Below are positions 62,885 through 64,000 of a stretch of DNA of 64,000 bases, in pieces; within the stretch, counting starts at the first letter, position 1, and each line of letters starts with the position of its first letter. The stretch is taken from IMG/VR virus record IMGVR_UViG_3300032261_000561; one strand, written 5' to 3'. This DNA comes from a virus. The translations under genes were made by a program, and so were the position numbers. The notes under the pieces are model-generated. The model searched no databases and was not told the DNA's origin. It saw nothing but the letters and a program-made list of their open reading frames with translations.

Positions 62885-63708
62885 AGGAACATCGCTTCCG
62901 GCTCGATGTCGACGATTCGGCGGTTGCCCAGTCTCGGACGTAGCTGGGGCCGGGGCAGCTCCTGGGCTTCGTCGAGCACCGCGCTGACAAACAGACGCCG
63001 GGTTTCGGCCGGGTGGGCGAATCCGGACGTCACCCTGGCCGCCCAGTGGTTGGCGCGGGTGGCCAGCTCGTCGCGGTGGAAGGAGGCATCCAGGTTGGCC
63101 CGCACGAACCTGGGGGCCTCTAAGGTGGCCCAGCGTCGCTCGTCGTCATCGATCGCGGCCGCCTTGGGGCCGTAGGCTTTCTGCAATCCACGCTGCAGCC
63201 TGAGGCCGTTCTGGCGGCGTTCCTCTTCGCGGGCCCGCTTGTCTGCTTCCTGCTCTTCCTTCGGCTTCCAGATCGCACCCTCCTTGGGCACGCGCTTAAC
63301 GATTGTCCGATCGCCGTAGCCCGGGGTGTGAATACGTTCTATCTCGGGCGGATCCGCCAGATCTGTCTCCTCGACATAGTGGGTCCCAAACTCGCCCCAA
63401 GGATCGTCGTGCTTACCAGCCACCCGGTCGGCGTAGCCGGTGAGCAGATCGTGACGCAGGCCGGTCAGCGCGCGGTGGTCGTCCTGCAGCTCACCCAGAA
63501 TCTGCAGGGGCTCGATGTCGAACGGGCTGTGTCCCAGCGCCGATTGAGCGGCGTGCAGGATGCGCTGGCAGCTGGCGATGCGCCGGTCGACCGACGCCAC
63601 CGTGCCGTCATACCAGGTGTCTTGGGTGTCGCGGAAAGCCTGGGCCTGTGCTGCCAGGCGACGGTTGGCCCGAGCGCTTTCGCGGGCCTGGGAGCTGGTG
63701 AAAAACAT
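62881..63708 (-). CDS. Hypothetical protein, first gene after the terminator
   Basis: 275 aa, GAGGAGG SD, repeated upstream motif. Confidence 0.65.
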   Translation of the reverse strand: MFFTSSQARESARANRRLAAQAQAFRDTQDTWYDGTVASVDRRIASCQRILHAAQSALGHSPFDIEPLQILGELQDDHRALTGLRHDLLTGYADRVAGKHDDPWGEFGTHYVEETDLADPPEIERIHTPGYGDRTIVKRVPKEGAIWKPKEEQEADKRAREEERRQNGLRLQRGLQKAYGPKAAAIDDDERRWATLEAPRFVRANLDASFHRDELATRANHWAARVTSGFAHPAETRRLFVSAVLDEAQELPRPQLRPRLGNRRIVDIEPEAMFL

Positions 63709-63752
63709 GGTGCCTCCTCACCTTTTCACGGCCGGAGACGGGGCAGATACAG

Positions 63753-63802
63753 GAAAACCCCCGTGAGCGGTATCTGGAAGGAAGGTGCTCACGGGGGTTT
63801 TC
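63753..63802. terminator. Bidirectional rho-independent terminator
   Basis: 16-bp perfect inverted repeat GAAAACCCCCGTGAGC/GCTCACGGGGGTTTTC; second hairpin at 63811-63848. Confidence 0.8.
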
Positions 63803-63854
63803 GTTTGGGGTCCGGATGACCGGGGAACGAAGGACCCGATCATCCGGAGTCTGA

Positions 63855-64000
63855 TTAGGCTGCCACCTCCTGGGCCATCTTGGCGACGAACGCCATGGCC
63901 GGGACGGCGCTGGCCTCGACCTCGTAGGCCCGGTCGGCGTCCTCGTAGCCCTGGACCATCGCGGTGACCGCGTTGAACACGCCACCGGCGGTGCGCTGGC
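63855..64000 (-). CDS. C-terminal fragment, DUF932-like
   Basis: ...RTAGGVFNAVTAMVQGYEDADRAYEVEASA...VAA*; truncated by the window edge. Confidence 0.5.
   Translation of the reverse strand, partial: QRTAGGVFNAVTAMVQGYEDADRAYEVEASAVPAMAFVAKMAQEVAA

Noticed and set aside
1-64000. tRNA, rRNA, integrase or att site
   Set aside because: None recognised by eye; intergenic gaps are short. Prophage versus free phage cannot be decided from this window

Overview
The window is the virion-morphogenesis arm of a high-GC actinobacteriophage myovirus. Gene order and content resemble the contractile-tailed mycobacteriophage cluster C/AA type; that is my recognition, not a database result. No host genes, integrase or tRNAs are seen. 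Nearly all genes are on the minus strand. Read right to left: DUF932-like fragment, HNH endonuclease, lysin B, two secreted Cys/Pro-rich proteins, large head-associated proteins, portal, 2H phosphoesterase, SWIM-finger protein, protease/scaffold, decoration protein, major capsid, neck, sheath, tube, frameshifted tail chaperone, tape measure, hub/NlpC-P60 lysin, fibre cluster, baseplate wedge and baseplate J. Most notable: (1) head-region multidomain proteins punctuated by basic-x-Ala motifs and carrying candidate anti-defence enzymes (a NadD-like + zincin + two ART-like fusion, an Acb1-like 2H phosphoesterase, an HhH-GPD-like protein), suggesting a protease-processed capsid-cargo system; (2) a baseplate protein with two tandem lysin-B-like domains lacking the catalytic Ser; (3) a second, unannotated -1 frameshift in a head-region gene; (4) a LAGLIDADG intein in baseplate J; (5) synonymously recoded patches of capsid, sheath and tube next to free-standing endonucleases; (6) a repeated upstream motif that may be a phage late promoter. 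All functional calls come from motif recognition by eye.
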